Source: a virus. Taken from it: a stretch of DNA of 64,000 nt. The notes beneath the pieces are model-generated. The model saw only the letters and a list, made by a program, of their open reading frames with translations. It was not told the origin of the DNA and ran no database searches. Every line of letters begins with the position of its first letter. Position 1 is the stretch's first letter. Positions 28,821 to 38,577 of the stretch are shown here, one piece after another. The stretch is from IMG/VR virus record IMGVR_UViG_3300034093_003283. One strand, given 5' to 3'. The translations under genes were made by a program, and so were the position numbers.

Positions 28821-30178
28821 CAACAAAGATTACACCATCAGTTCTAGAAAATACGGCTGTTACAGCAGCCACACATGGTACTGCTGCTGCAATACCAGTT
28901 ATAGTTGTTGATCCACAAGGTAGAATTACTGGTGTCACCAACACTTCTATTAGTATAGGCACAAGTCAAATTGGTAGTGGCACACTGGATGATGCAAGAT
29001 TGCCTGCTCAGGCGGGTTTGACTGCTGCAAACTATTATGGTGGTGCAACCAAGACTGTTGCAATTGTTACTGATGCAAAAGGTAGAATTAAATCAGCAGC
29101 CAACGTTACAATTGCAATTGCTTCTAGTGCAGTTTCTGGTTTAGCAACCTCGGCAACCACGGATACTACGAATGCTGATAACATCGGTTCAGGCACATTA
29201 GCTACAGCAAGATTGGCAGACTCTGGTGTCGTTGCAAGAACATATGGTACCGCTTCAAGTGTAAGTCAAGTTGTTGTTGATGCAAAAGGTAGAATTACTG
29301 GTATTTCAAACGTTGCAATACAAATTGCAACTTCTCAAATCACAAGTTGGCCAACATTTGTAGCCTCAGCAACCACAGATACTACGAATGCGGGTAATAT
29401 CGGTTCAGGTACTTTACTTGCAGCAAGACTTCCAACTTCTGGTGTGTCAGCAGGAACATATGGGTCATCATCAGCAGTTCCTGCAATATCAGTAGATTCT
29501 ACAGGTAGAATTACATCCGCAACATCAACTGCCATTTCAATTAGTTCTGGTGCAGTTACTGGATTAGCAGGTGTTGCAACATCTGGAAGATATGATGCAT
29601 TGTTAGCAGGTTCGGGGCAACCAACCATACCAACCACATTACCAGCTTCTGATGTGTATGCTTGGGCAAAAGCAGCAACAAAGCCAACATATGCATATTC
29701 AGAAATAACTAGTCCACCTACAATACCAACCACGTTACCAGCTTCTGATGTATACGCATGGGCCAAGGCTGCAACAAAGCCATCATATGCATATTCAGAA
29801 ATATCTAGTCCACCTACAAATGTAAGTTCATTTAGTAACGACTCAGGGTTTTTAACTGCTTCCAGTTTTCTAAAATCTTTAAATGCTAATGGTTACATAA
29901 AGTTACCAGGAAATATAGTAATAGTATGGGGTTCGACAACTGCTTCAATAGGAGGTTCAACCGGCGGAACTGTGACTGCATCTTATGCAGCAGGCAATGG
30001 CATGTCAACACTTTATCAAGTTCTTTATAACATCTATCCGTCTACCACTGATGGTGGTGCTTATTTTGTGGAAAGATTAACTGCAAAAAGTGCAAGTTCA
30101 CTTTCAGTACTTATTCGGTCAAGTAATGGCCTCACATTCACTTATGTGTTGAACTATATTGCTATTGGAACTTACTAA
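28817..30178 (+). CDS. Tail fibre protein with VD.KGRIT repeats and a GYIKLPG..I.WG C-terminal tip domain
   Basis: Four repeats of the (SGTL..ARL)..G..A.TYG....V..I.VD..GRIT unit, a duplicated ASDVYAWAKAATKP.YAYSEI unit, and a fibre-tip motif NGYIKLPGNIVIVWG. Confidence 0.75.
   Translation: MTTKITPSVLENTAVTAATHGTAAAIPVIVVDPQGRITGVTNTSISIGTSQIGSGTLDDARLPAQAGLTAANYYGGATKTVAIVTDAKGRIKSAANVTIAIASSAVSGLATSATTDTTNADNIGSGTLATARLADSGVVARTYGTASSVSQVVVDAKGRITGISNVAIQIATSQITSWPTFVASATTDTTNAGNIGSGTLLAARLPTSGVSAGTYGSSSAVPAISVDSTGRITSATSTAISISSGAVTGLAGVATSGRYDALLAGSGQPTIPTTLPASDVYAWAKAATKPTYAYSEITSPPTIPTTLPASDVYAWAKAATKPSYAYSEISSPPTNVSSFSNDSGFLTASSFLKSLNANGYIKLPGNIVIVWGSTTASIGGSTGGTVTASYAAGNGMSTLYQVLYNIYPSTTDGGAYFVERLTAKSASSLSVLIRSSNGLTFTYVLNYIAIGTY
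29627..29818 (+). repeat. 93-bp tandem duplication (PTTLPASDVYAWAKAATKP.YAYSEI.SPPT)
   Basis: Two adjacent near-identical copies in DNA and protein. Confidence 0.9.
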
Positions 30179-30262
30179 ATTTCGAATTTTTGCGTTCCGG
30201 CCCGAGAATTTTCTCCGACAGCTCCAAAAGTCCAAAAAGCGAATTTACTTTCAGTATAAATA
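30177..30262 (+). repeat. Conserved non-coding element, copy 2, ending in consensus late promoter TATAAATA
   Basis: Gapless match to 8871-8948. TATAAATA at 30255-30262. Confidence 0.85.
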
Positions 30263-30282
30263 CCTCTAAAAGGGGTTAAATA

Positions 30283-30624
30283 ATGCCAGCTGGTTACCAA
30301 GAATTATTTCTAGAACAAGGTTCAAACTTTAGTACATCCATTTCTTTGGACCAGGCTGATGGTTCACCTTTTGTTTTGACTGGTAGCCAAGTAAAAGCTG
30401 CCATGAAAAAATCATATTATTCTAGTAATACAACCGCAAATTTTGTAGTAACAGTAAATGATCCAACAGAAGGTGTTATACTTTTAACTTTACCTTATGC
30501 AAATACGGCAAATATTTTAGCCGGCCGTTATGTGTATGATGTACTTATCAAAGATTCTTCAAACACAGTGATACGTGTTTTAGAAGGAGTTGTGAACGTT
30601 TTACCTCAAGTTACAGTATTTTAA
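30283..30624 (+). CDS. Small Ig-like virion/fibre-attachment protein
   Basis: L.LEQG..F...I......GSP..LTG....A.M.KSY, G.I.L.L....TA....GRYVYDV.I......V.RV.EG.V.V.P.VT. First gene after a late promoter. Confidence 0.6.
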   Translation: MPAGYQELFLEQGSNFSTSISLDQADGSPFVLTGSQVKAAMKKSYYSSNTTANFVVTVNDPTEGVILLTLPYANTANILAGRYVYDVLIKDSSNTVIRVLEGVVNVLPQVTVF

Positions 30625-30633
30625 AGGAATAAA

Positions 30634-31167
30634 ATGGCGACCGTAACTGTTACACAACCAGCAACCATAAAAGTTAGAGTTGAAGGTCAGAAAACTAAAG
30701 TACAGACGTTATCCTATGGTACCAAAACACTTAGGAGTTTAACTGACCTTAGTTTAGTTGGTGCAAACACGGGTGATGTGATTGTATACAACTCACAAAC
30801 CAAAACATTTTCTGCAAAAGGCCTTGGTACCGATACTCCTGTACATGGAAATCTATTACCAACAACTTCAAGAACATTCGACCTGGGTAGTAGAACACAA
30901 AAATTCCGAAGTCTTTATCTAAGTGGTAATACAATTGACTTGGATGGTACAGTTATTAAAGCTGATGAAGTTTCTGGTGCAATATCTTTTGCTGCACGTC
31001 CAACTGAAACACAACCAAATCCAATCGCTATTGTTGTATCTCCAATTGGTGGTTTTGTGCCTGTTCAAACTGTTGCTGGTGTAATTCCAGAAGCAGCAAT
31101 TCAGGCCGCAATAGCAAACTCAATAACGTATTTGGCTTTCCAAGGTGCTGATTCCGGTTTCTTTTAA
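30634..31167 (+). CDS. Fibre-associated protein, ends in ADSGFF
   Basis: L..LTD.......TGD.IVYN, GNLLP..S.TFDLGS...KFR.LYLSG.TI fibre motifs. RBS AAGGA. Confidence 0.6.
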   Translation: MATVTVTQPATIKVRVEGQKTKVQTLSYGTKTLRSLTDLSLVGANTGDVIVYNSQTKTFSAKGLGTDTPVHGNLLPTTSRTFDLGSRTQKFRSLYLSGNTIDLDGTVIKADEVSGAISFAARPTETQPNPIAIVVSPIGGFVPVQTVAGVIPEAAIQAAIANSITYLAFQGADSGFF

Positions 31168-31380
31168 ATGGCAAATACATCAATACAAATTCTCCGTTCA
31201 TATGCGAACACAGCACCTTCATCATTAGCAGACGGGGAACTTGCATATTCTTTTCTTTCCAACACACTTTTTATTGGAAATACCACTAATCATGTAATAC
31301 CGATAGCCGGTTTGAATTATATTGAATCCGTTCCAGGACCAGTTACCGAAAATTCCACTTTTGACGGTGGCACGTTTTAA
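31168..31380 (+). CDS. 70-aa protein: Mtd N-terminal-like domain plus C-terminal DGGTF
   Basis: IQILRS....APSSL.DGELAYS.....LFIG resembles the trimeric Mtd/hyaluronidase N-terminal domain. Confidence 0.7.
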   Translation: MANTSIQILRSYANTAPSSLADGELAYSFLSNTLFIGNTTNHVIPIAGLNYIESVPGPVTENSTFDGGTF

Positions 31381-31386
31381 TAAATA
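31379..31386 (+). promoter_or_regulatory. T4-type late promoter (AATAAATA)
   Basis: At the gene junction upstream of 31429. Confidence 0.6.
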
Positions 31387-31428
31387 GATCATAGGATTTA
31401 AATCCAATTAACAACAAGGATAATAATA

Positions 31429-33345
31429 ATGGCAAATACAGCACTAAGAATTAGACGTTCTCTTACCACAGGCATGCCGGGCAGTTTGGTAGCTGGTGAA
31501 ATAGCGTACTCATATCAATCCAATACCATGTTTATTGGCTCACCTGCTGGCACAGGTGTACTCAATATTGGTGGGCAATATTACACCTCAACTATAGATA
31601 GTGCAACCAGTTCAAATACTGGAGGCACACTTGTCCAACGTAGTGCAACTGGTAATATCTTTGTTGGCCACGCAAACGTTAGAAGTATTAGCTTCTCTGA
31701 CGGTGGTGTGTTAAGCACAACTTCATTCTCGGGTAATGCAAACTCTGCAACTCAATTCCAGACCAACAGATTTATTGATATTACTGGTGGTGATATTACT
31801 GCTTCTGCACAATTGTATGATGGTACTGCAAATGCAACATTAAGTGCAGCATTAAATACAGTTGCTGGTCTTTCTGCGGGTACATACGGTGGTTCAACAG
31901 TCATACCTATCATTCAAGTAGCTGCAAACGGTCGTGTTATGGTCATTGCCAATTCGGCAACAATCTCTACATCATTGAGTGTTGCTGCTGACTCTGGTAC
32001 AACTGACGTAGTTAATTTAGCAACTGACACATTTACAATTGCTGGTGGTGCAGGCCTTACATCAACTGTAACAAACAATCAAGTAACTATTGATGTTGAC
32101 ACTACAGTCATTCGTGCAAATACACCAAGTATGAGACAAACCATTGATGGTGACCTTATCATCAGTGGTAACGTATCCATTTTAGGTAACTCTACAGTAT
32201 ACAACGTTGAAACACTTAGTGTTGAAGACTCATTGATTGCACTTGGTAAAAACAACACATCAGATGCAGTTGATATTGGTTTCTACGGTCACTACAATAA
32301 TGGTGCAGACCGTCATGCAGGTTTGATGCGTAATGCTGGTGATGGTTTCTTCTATTTGTTTGACAACTATAACATAGAACCAACAGGTAACGTCATCAAC
32401 GTTGCAGATGCAAGCTTCCGTCAAGCAAACTTGAAATCTAATTTAATTGCAGCATATGCCAATACAACTCAAGCAAACGTTGGAAATCTATTTGTTGCCG
32501 GCACCGCACAAATTAAATCATTAACTTTAACTGATGATTTAACAGTACCTAACGGTGGTACTGGCGCAAGTACATTCACTATTGGTTCTATCCTTGTTGG
32601 TGATGGCACAGATTCATTAAAAGAACTTTCTAACACAACATTTACTGCAACTGGTAGTGGTGCTCAAAATAACACCATCACTTCTGTAACTGTTGATTCA
32701 TATGGTAGAACAACTGCTGCAACATTCCAAGCAATTAATGGTCTAACAGTTGGCCAAGGCGGTACAGGTAAATCTACTTTTGCTTCAGGTAAAGTTGTTA
32801 TTGGTAACGGTACAGGCGCTCTAGTAGAACTTGCAAACGTTACTTACACACTTACCGGTTCATTAAGTGCAGCTAAAACAATCACATCGTTGACTGTAGA
32901 TGATTATGGTCGTGTAAGTGCTGCAACAGCAGCAGACATTTCTGGTCTAACCGTTACACAAGGCGGTACCGGTGCATCCACATTAAGTGCTGGTGGTTTG
33001 TTAATTGGTAATGGAACAGGTGCAATTTCTACACTTGCAAATACCACCTACACACTAACCGGTTCATTAGGTGCTGCAAAAACAATTACATCATTGACTG
33101 TTGATGCATACGGCCGTGTAAGTGCTGCAACTGCGGCTGATATTGCAGGTCTGACTGTTGCACAAGGCGGTACTGGCGCTTCTACATTCACTTCAAAAGG
33201 TATCGTTTACGGTGACGGCACAAATGCACTAGCAGTTACCTCTGCTGCAGGCACATCGGATCAAACATGGTCTAATCAGATTCTTACAACCACAGATGCA
33301 GGTGTACCAGTTTGGTCATCCTCAATAGATGGAGGACAATTCTAA
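31429..33345 (+). CDS. Fibre protein: Mtd N-terminal-like domain, repeat shaft, C-terminal DGGQF
   Basis: LRIRRS.....P.SL.AGE.AYS, VEDSLI.L....D.GFYG.Y module, and tandem L.V.QGGTG.ST...ITS.TVD.YGR repeats (about 32540-33240). Confidence 0.75.
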   Translation: MANTALRIRRSLTTGMPGSLVAGEIAYSYQSNTMFIGSPAGTGVLNIGGQYYTSTIDSATSSNTGGTLVQRSATGNIFVGHANVRSISFSDGGVLSTTSFSGNANSATQFQTNRFIDITGGDITASAQLYDGTANATLSAALNTVAGLSAGTYGGSTVIPIIQVAANGRVMVIANSATISTSLSVAADSGTTDVVNLATDTFTIAGGAGLTSTVTNNQVTIDVDTTVIRANTPSMRQTIDGDLIISGNVSILGNSTVYNVETLSVEDSLIALGKNNTSDAVDIGFYGHYNNGADRHAGLMRNAGDGFFYLFDNYNIEPTGNVINVADASFRQANLKSNLIAAYANTTQANVGNLFVAGTAQIKSLTLTDDLTVPNGGTGASTFTIGSILVGDGTDSLKELSNTTFTATGSGAQNNTITSVTVDSYGRTTAATFQAINGLTVGQGGTGKSTFASGKVVIGNGTGALVELANVTYTLTGSLSAAKTITSLTVDDYGRVSAATAADISGLTVTQGGTGASTLSAGGLLIGNGTGAISTLANTTYTLTGSLGAAKTITSLTVDAYGRVSAATAADIAGLTVAQGGTGASTFTSKGIVYGDGTNALAVTSAAGTSDQTWSNQILTTTDAGVPVWSSSIDGGQF

Positions 33346-33393
33346 AGGCTGACTATATAATGTAATAGATTTTTTTTATGATAGGAGTTTGAA

Positions 33394-34149
33394 ATGGCAA
33401 ATGAGAAGTATTTAAATTATTATATTGAGACAATGACAAGCACATTAACAGATTGTGTGGTTCGAAATATCTCAATGCAAGCAAATGCAAAAATAACTGA
33501 TGAGGTTGTTAAAGAACAGACTGAGAAAATTGATAATTTAAAGTTGATGAATAGTGAACTACAATCTATGATTGTGGAACTAAAAGATACCAATGCATCA
33601 AGTGAAAGCACAGCTGTTCTAGAACTGAAAAATACATTGTTAGAAAGTGAAAAACTTGTAACAAAATTAAGCAACGATGTTGGTGAATTAGGTACCAAAC
33701 ATCGTGCCGAAATTGATGAATTGACAAGTAAGTTTCGTGATTATGATAGTGTTAAGAATCAAGCTGGTCATGTGGAAACATTTAAAGGTGAATTGATTAA
33801 AGCAAGAGAAGAGGTTAGTCGGGTTCGTTCAGAACTTGAAAACAAAATCAATTCTCTTACATCTGAAAATACTGGAAAAATTAATGCAATGAATGAACAG
33901 AATGAAAAAACTGTTGCATCATTATTGAAACAAAATGAAGATACTGTTAACAATTTGATTCAGAAACATGAAACTGAAAAGAGTGAATACAACAATAAGA
34001 TAGACGATCTACTTGCTAAAATTGATTACTTACAACTACCTCCTTCCAAAAGAAAAAAAATTGATGAGCTGAATAAAGAAGTGGAACCAACAACTTTAAC
34101 AAGTTTAATTGGTACCAATGGCCCAATCAAAGATGGTGGAACGTTTTAA
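33394..34149 (+). CDS. Long charged coiled-coil protein ending in DGGTF
   Basis: E/K/L/N-rich heptads over about 200 aa. RBS AGGAG. Confidence 0.7.
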   Translation: MANEKYLNYYIETMTSTLTDCVVRNISMQANAKITDEVVKEQTEKIDNLKLMNSELQSMIVELKDTNASSESTAVLELKNTLLESEKLVTKLSNDVGELGTKHRAEIDELTSKFRDYDSVKNQAGHVETFKGELIKAREEVSRVRSELENKINSLTSENTGKINAMNEQNEKTVASLLKQNEDTVNNLIQKHETEKSEYNNKIDDLLAKIDYLQLPPSKRKKIDELNKEVEPTTLTSLIGTNGPIKDGGTF

Positions 34150-34153
34150 GTAA

Positions 34154-34633
34154 ATGTCAAACACAGCAATACAGTTAAAAAAATCAGGCGCAACGGGAAA
34201 CACACCATCAGGACTATCCTATGGTGAGTTAGCACTCAACTACGCCGATGGTAAACTGTATTATAAAAATGGTTCTGGTGGTACTTCTTACATAAGTAAC
34301 CAATTCTCTTTCGATACAATCAATGCCAATAGTTCTTTAATATTGGCCACAAGTGGTTCGGACACACTGTCTTTTATTGCTGGTAATAATATAACCATCA
34401 GTACAAATACAACCACAAAAACAATCACAATCAATGCATCAGTGTCTGGAGGAAGTGATCCTGGTCCTGCGTTTGACAGGGCCAATGCAGCATATGCATC
34501 ACAAAACATCACAGCGGTGTTTGCTAATGCAGCTTTCATTCATGCCAATGCTGCCTTTGATAAGGCCAACACAGGCACGACCGCACTTGATGTAAATGCC
34601 GACATTGTTGCTTTCACTATCGCATTTAGTTGA
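34154..34633 (+). CDS. Short fibre connector: Mtd N-terminal-like domain, AN heptads, hydrophobic C-terminal peptide AFTIAFS
   Basis: IQLKKS......P..L.YGELA.NYADGKLYYK, then A..SDTL.F.AG.NITI, then ANAAF repeats. Confidence 0.7.
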   Translation: MSNTAIQLKKSGATGNTPSGLSYGELALNYADGKLYYKNGSGGTSYISNQFSFDTINANSSLILATSGSDTLSFIAGNNITISTNTTTKTITINASVSGGSDPGPAFDRANAAYASQNITAVFANAAFIHANAAFDKANTGTTALDVNADIVAFTIAFS

Positions 34634-34636
34634 TAA

Positions 34637-34644
34637 AATAAATA
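34637..34644 (+). promoter_or_regulatory. T4-type late promoter (AATAAATA)
   Basis: Intergenic, upstream of adaptor 34663. Confidence 0.6.
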
Positions 34645-34662
34645 GAAGATAAGGAAATTTAA

Positions 34663-34989
34663 ATGGCAAATACTTTTAAAAATCAACTACAAGCAGCAGT
34701 CGGAACTTCACCTACAACCATATACACTGCTGGCGCAGGCGTATCTACCACAGTTATTGGTATGACTATTGCAAATATATTGAACACATCAATAACTGCA
34801 AATGTTATAGTAACTTCTAGTGCATCAGATTATTATATGGTTAAGATGGCTACAATTGATCCAGGTAATTCTTTAATCACCATTGGTGGTGAACAAAAAT
34901 TAGTATTGGAAGCCGGTGATATACTTAAAGTTTCAACAAGTAATGCTTCAGCAGCAGACGTTATTGTAAGTTTATTAGAAATAACGTAA
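34663..34989 (+). CDS. Small beta-sandwich adaptor, type 1 (MANTFKN)
   Basis: T.IYT.......TVIGM.IAN, I.PG.SL......K.VLE.GD.L.V, DV.VS.LEI. Similar to 41155 and 44152. Confidence 0.65.
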   Translation: MANTFKNQLQAAVGTSPTTIYTAGAGVSTTVIGMTIANILNTSITANVIVTSSASDYYMVKMATIDPGNSLITIGGEQKLVLEAGDILKVSTSNASAADVIVSLLEIT

Positions 34990-34990
34990 T

Positions 34991-35722
34991 ATGCAATTCA
35001 CTTACATTGGCAATCAAGGAAGTAAGGATGTAAGGTTAGCCAGTTCATTTGCCAATGGTGCATTTGTAACTGCTAACTCAGCAGCCTCTTTCGCCAATGG
35101 TGCTTTTGGTGCAGCCAATTCGGGTGCTAGTTTCGCTAATGCGGCTTTTGCTCATGCTAATGCAGCCTTTGCTGCAGCAAATACTGGAGGTGGTGGAGGA
35201 GCATTAACAGGATATGTTGATGTGTTTACTGGTGACGGTTCAACGTCAGCTTTCACATTATCAACCACACCAACAAGTGCTAATATAACTTTTGTTGCTG
35301 TACAGGGTGTCTTGCAACCTAAAGCTTCATATAGTTTAACTGGGAACTTATTAACTTTTGATTCAAATCCACCGAGCACATCATATATTGAAGTAACCAC
35401 ATTGACTGGTGCTGGTGGTGCTGGTTCATCAATCACATGGTATATTGCAAATGCAAACACTACAATGACTGTCAGTTCTGGTTACTTTGTAAATACTATG
35501 GGTGGTCCATTAACAATGACTTTACCCGTAAGTGCAACTTTAGGAGACACTATCAGACTCAATGATTTGGCCGGAACATTTAGTGCAAATAATTTAACCA
35601 TTAATAGAAATTCACACAAAATACAAGGCAATACAAACGATTTAATAGTTAACGTAGACCAAAGTAGTTTTGGTTTAGTATACAGTAATAGCACATATGG
35701 TTGGAAAGTATTGGAGTTATAA
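34991..35722 (+). CDS. Fibre connector: YIGN N-terminus, AN heptads, GDGST beta domain, gp9/gp10/gp34-like C-terminal attachment domain
   Basis: C-terminal GYFVNT.GG..T.TLP.SA..GD.I...D..GTF..NNLTI.RN..KI.G...DL......FGLVY.....GW. Confidence 0.65.
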   Translation: MQFTYIGNQGSKDVRLASSFANGAFVTANSAASFANGAFGAANSGASFANAAFAHANAAFAAANTGGGGGALTGYVDVFTGDGSTSAFTLSTTPTSANITFVAVQGVLQPKASYSLTGNLLTFDSNPPSTSYIEVTTLTGAGGAGSSITWYIANANTTMTVSSGYFVNTMGGPLTMTLPVSATLGDTIRLNDLAGTFSANNLTINRNSHKIQGNTNDLIVNVDQSSFGLVYSNSTYGWKVLEL

Positions 35723-38541
35723 TGGCAACAACAAATCTAACAAACCTAAAAGCAAATGCTTTATCCAATGTTGTAAGTACAGTACTGTCTACAACAGGAG
35801 TTTCTTCTGTTCCAAAAATTACAACGATTACTTATCCTGGAGATGATACTGCCGCAAATACTGGTGGCAATCAAACGATTTCAATATCTGGAACTGGATT
35901 TAATACAGGTGCCTCTGTTATTGTTAATGGTACACCAGCAAGTGTTGTGAGTGTTGTGAGTCCTACAAGTTTGACGTTCACTGCACCTGCACAATCTTCG
36001 GGAACATACACACTTTATGTTGTGAACACAGATGGTGGTACGGCGATTGCAGTTCCTGGTATTAGTTATAGTGGCACACCAACATGGAGTACTGCTTCAG
36101 GAAGTCTTGGTACAGTATATGAAACTAACGCAGTAAGTAATACTGTAACAGCAACAGGTGATGCAACAATCGCATACAGTCTATTTTCAGGTACACTACC
36201 TACAGGTAGTACACTGAACACAGCGAACGGATTAATATCTGGAACTTCGGTGGCCACAGAAAGTCCGACAACATACAGTTTCACCATTCGTGCAACTGAC
36301 GGTCAAAATCAAGATACGGACCGTGCATTTAGTATAACAATTAGTCCTGATACGGTTACATGGAGTAGTCCAGCGGATCAATATTCAACTTCATTGGCAC
36401 AAGATACCGCAATGAGCGCATTCACTATGAGTGCAAGTAGTGCTGCAGGTAAAAGTATCACATATACTGCAAATAGTTTACCAACAGGATTAAGTATCAG
36501 TGGTGCAACTATCGTGGGTACTCCAACTGTAACGGGAACTAGTGGCAGTTTAATCACAGCAACAGCAGCCACAACAGGTCGCACTGCAACAAGGACATTT
36601 AATTGGGTAGTGAGTGTGTCAATTGATACATATTGGCCTTATACTGTTTTATTATTAAACGGCGAAGGTACTAATGCAACTGATAATGCACAAAATATTA
36701 CAGTCATAGACAGCAGTACTAATGCTTTTACAATTACTAAACAAGCTGGTACAACAAGACAAGGTACATTCAGCCCATTCAGTGCTAGGGGATGGAGTAA
36801 TTATTTTCCAGCAGGTGCATTAACTACACCCGCTTCAGCAGTACATAATTTAGGTACAGGTGACTTTACGGTGGAATTATGGTACAACCAAGTGGGTGCA
36901 GTTGGCTATGGTGGATTGTTTATGTTGGGACAATATAATACAGGCATTCATATATCCCTAAACAATTCAACTTATACTGTTTATTGTCTAACCGGTTCTG
37001 AAGCATTTAATGGGGTTAGTGGTCCAGTAGTAAATGGTGAATGGAATCACGTAGCTTTAACAAGGTCCGGTACAACCCTTACGTTGTGGCACAATGGTGT
37101 GTCGAAAGGATCCGTTTCGAGTTCAGCTACAATAAGTCCAACAGCAGGAATTACCATTGGTGCAACTGGACATAATCCAGGCAGTGAAAGGTTTAATGGT
37201 TATATTTCCAACGTTCGGTTGGTTAAAGGAACTTGTTTATACACTTCAACATTTACTCCATCAACGACAGAATTAACAGCAATAACAGGCACAACTATAT
37301 TAGCATGTCAATCAAATGGATTCAAGGACAACAGTGAAAATAATTGGACATTTACAGTATCTGGCACCGTAAGTGTAAAAAAATTCAGTCCATTCAATGG
37401 CACCGCAGAATACGGTACAACAACTCATGGTGGCAGTTTATATTTTGATGCCAGTACATATTATACATTGCCGTATAATGCAGCCTTTGGTGCAGGTACC
37501 GGCGATTTCACTTTAGAAGCCTGGGTATATCCCACATCTAGTGCTGGAAATATGGCTGTTGTTGATGGTGGGAATGGGTCTGGCGGTCGAGCCAGTACCG
37601 GGCATTTTATATATTTCCAAGATGCCATGCAAGCAACTTACTTTACAAATGGTGGTAATCAAATCACCGGAGCTGCAATAGTTGCCAATGTATGGACACA
37701 CATAGCTGTAGTTAGAAGTAGTGGTAGCACTAAAATGTATATCAATGGTACTCAATCAGGAAGTACATATACGGACAGTACAAACTATGGTACACAACAA
37801 CCATACATAGGAAGAAACAGTGATTCAAACGGAAATCTTTGGACTGGATATATTTCTGGTTTAAGATTTGTTAAAGGTACAGGAGTTTATACAACCACAT
37901 TTACTCCACCTACAGCTCCATCAACAGCGATATCAGGTACTTCATATTTACTAAATGGATCTAATGCGGGTATTATTGACCAAACTGGTATGTCTAGTTT
38001 TGTCAATCAAGGAACTACTGCAAAAATTACCACTGCTAATAAAAAATACGGTAGTGGAAGTATGTCATTTACAGCATCTAATGGAGATTACTTCACCTAT
38101 TCTCATCCGATTCCATTTCCTACTGCATTTACTATTGAGCTTTGGTTCTACCCCACTATTAGTCAATCAGACAAATATCTATTTTGTGGCCAAGCTAGTC
38201 CGATGATTAATATTAATGGTACTATGGGATTGGGATTTGCACATCAGGGTGCATTTGTGGCTTATACTTCGGCTAATTATATTACTACAAACACTTGGTA
38301 TCATCTTGCATACGTCCGTGAAGGTCTTGGAAGCAATCAAACAAAATTATATTTAAACGGCACAGTTGCTCTTATGGGAACAGAATCGGCCACCTTTGAT
38401 GGAGGTGGAATAACTGCAATAGGTGCGGGCGATAATGGTACACAAGTTTTTACCGGATATATTGATGATCTTAGAATCACTTATTATCCAAGATATACAA
38501 CAACATTTACGCCGCCATCAGCTGCATTCCTTTTGAGATGA
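35722..38541 (+). CDS. Adhesin-like protein: IPT/TIG plus Ig-like domains plus 3 LamG/ConA-like lectin domains
   Basis: I.GTGF..GA.V...., LPTG..L....G.ISGT Ig repeats, GTGDFT.E.W...W.H.A..R.G...NG...F.GYI..LR modules. Start moved from TTG 35701 to ATG 35722 (overlaps upstream TAA, GGAG RBS). Confidence 0.8.
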   Translation: MATTNLTNLKANALSNVVSTVLSTTGVSSVPKITTITYPGDDTAANTGGNQTISISGTGFNTGASVIVNGTPASVVSVVSPTSLTFTAPAQSSGTYTLYVVNTDGGTAIAVPGISYSGTPTWSTASGSLGTVYETNAVSNTVTATGDATIAYSLFSGTLPTGSTLNTANGLISGTSVATESPTTYSFTIRATDGQNQDTDRAFSITISPDTVTWSSPADQYSTSLAQDTAMSAFTMSASSAAGKSITYTANSLPTGLSISGATIVGTPTVTGTSGSLITATAATTGRTATRTFNWVVSVSIDTYWPYTVLLLNGEGTNATDNAQNITVIDSSTNAFTITKQAGTTRQGTFSPFSARGWSNYFPAGALTTPASAVHNLGTGDFTVELWYNQVGAVGYGGLFMLGQYNTGIHISLNNSTYTVYCLTGSEAFNGVSGPVVNGEWNHVALTRSGTTLTLWHNGVSKGSVSSSATISPTAGITIGATGHNPGSERFNGYISNVRLVKGTCLYTSTFTPSTTELTAITGTTILACQSNGFKDNSENNWTFTVSGTVSVKKFSPFNGTAEYGTTTHGGSLYFDASTYYTLPYNAAFGAGTGDFTLEAWVYPTSSAGNMAVVDGGNGSGGRASTGHFIYFQDAMQATYFTNGGNQITGAAIVANVWTHIAVVRSSGSTKMYINGTQSGSTYTDSTNYGTQQPYIGRNSDSNGNLWTGYISGLRFVKGTGVYTTTFTPPTAPSTAISGTSYLLNGSNAGIIDQTGMSSFVNQGTTAKITTANKKYGSGSMSFTASNGDYFTYSHPIPFPTAFTIELWFYPTISQSDKYLFCGQASPMININGTMGLGFAHQGAFVAYTSANYITTNTWYHLAYVREGLGSNQTKLYLNGTVALMGTESATFDGGGITAIGAGDNGTQVFTGYIDDLRITYYPRYTTTFTPPSAAFLLR

Positions 38542-38545
38542 CTAG

Positions 38546-38553
38546 ACTAAATA
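38546..38553 (+). promoter_or_regulatory. T4-type late promoter (ACTAAATA)
   Basis: Intergenic, upstream of 38578. Confidence 0.6.
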
Positions 38554-38577
38554 TAGAATACAAACAATAAAAAGAAA

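Noticed and set aside
31168-34633. Mtd-like domains suggesting a diversity-generating retroelement
   Set aside because: Only the N-terminal structural domain is present. I found no reverse transcriptase and no repeat pair differing specifically at adenines; the 39262/42790 pair differs mainly at synonymous positions of all bases.
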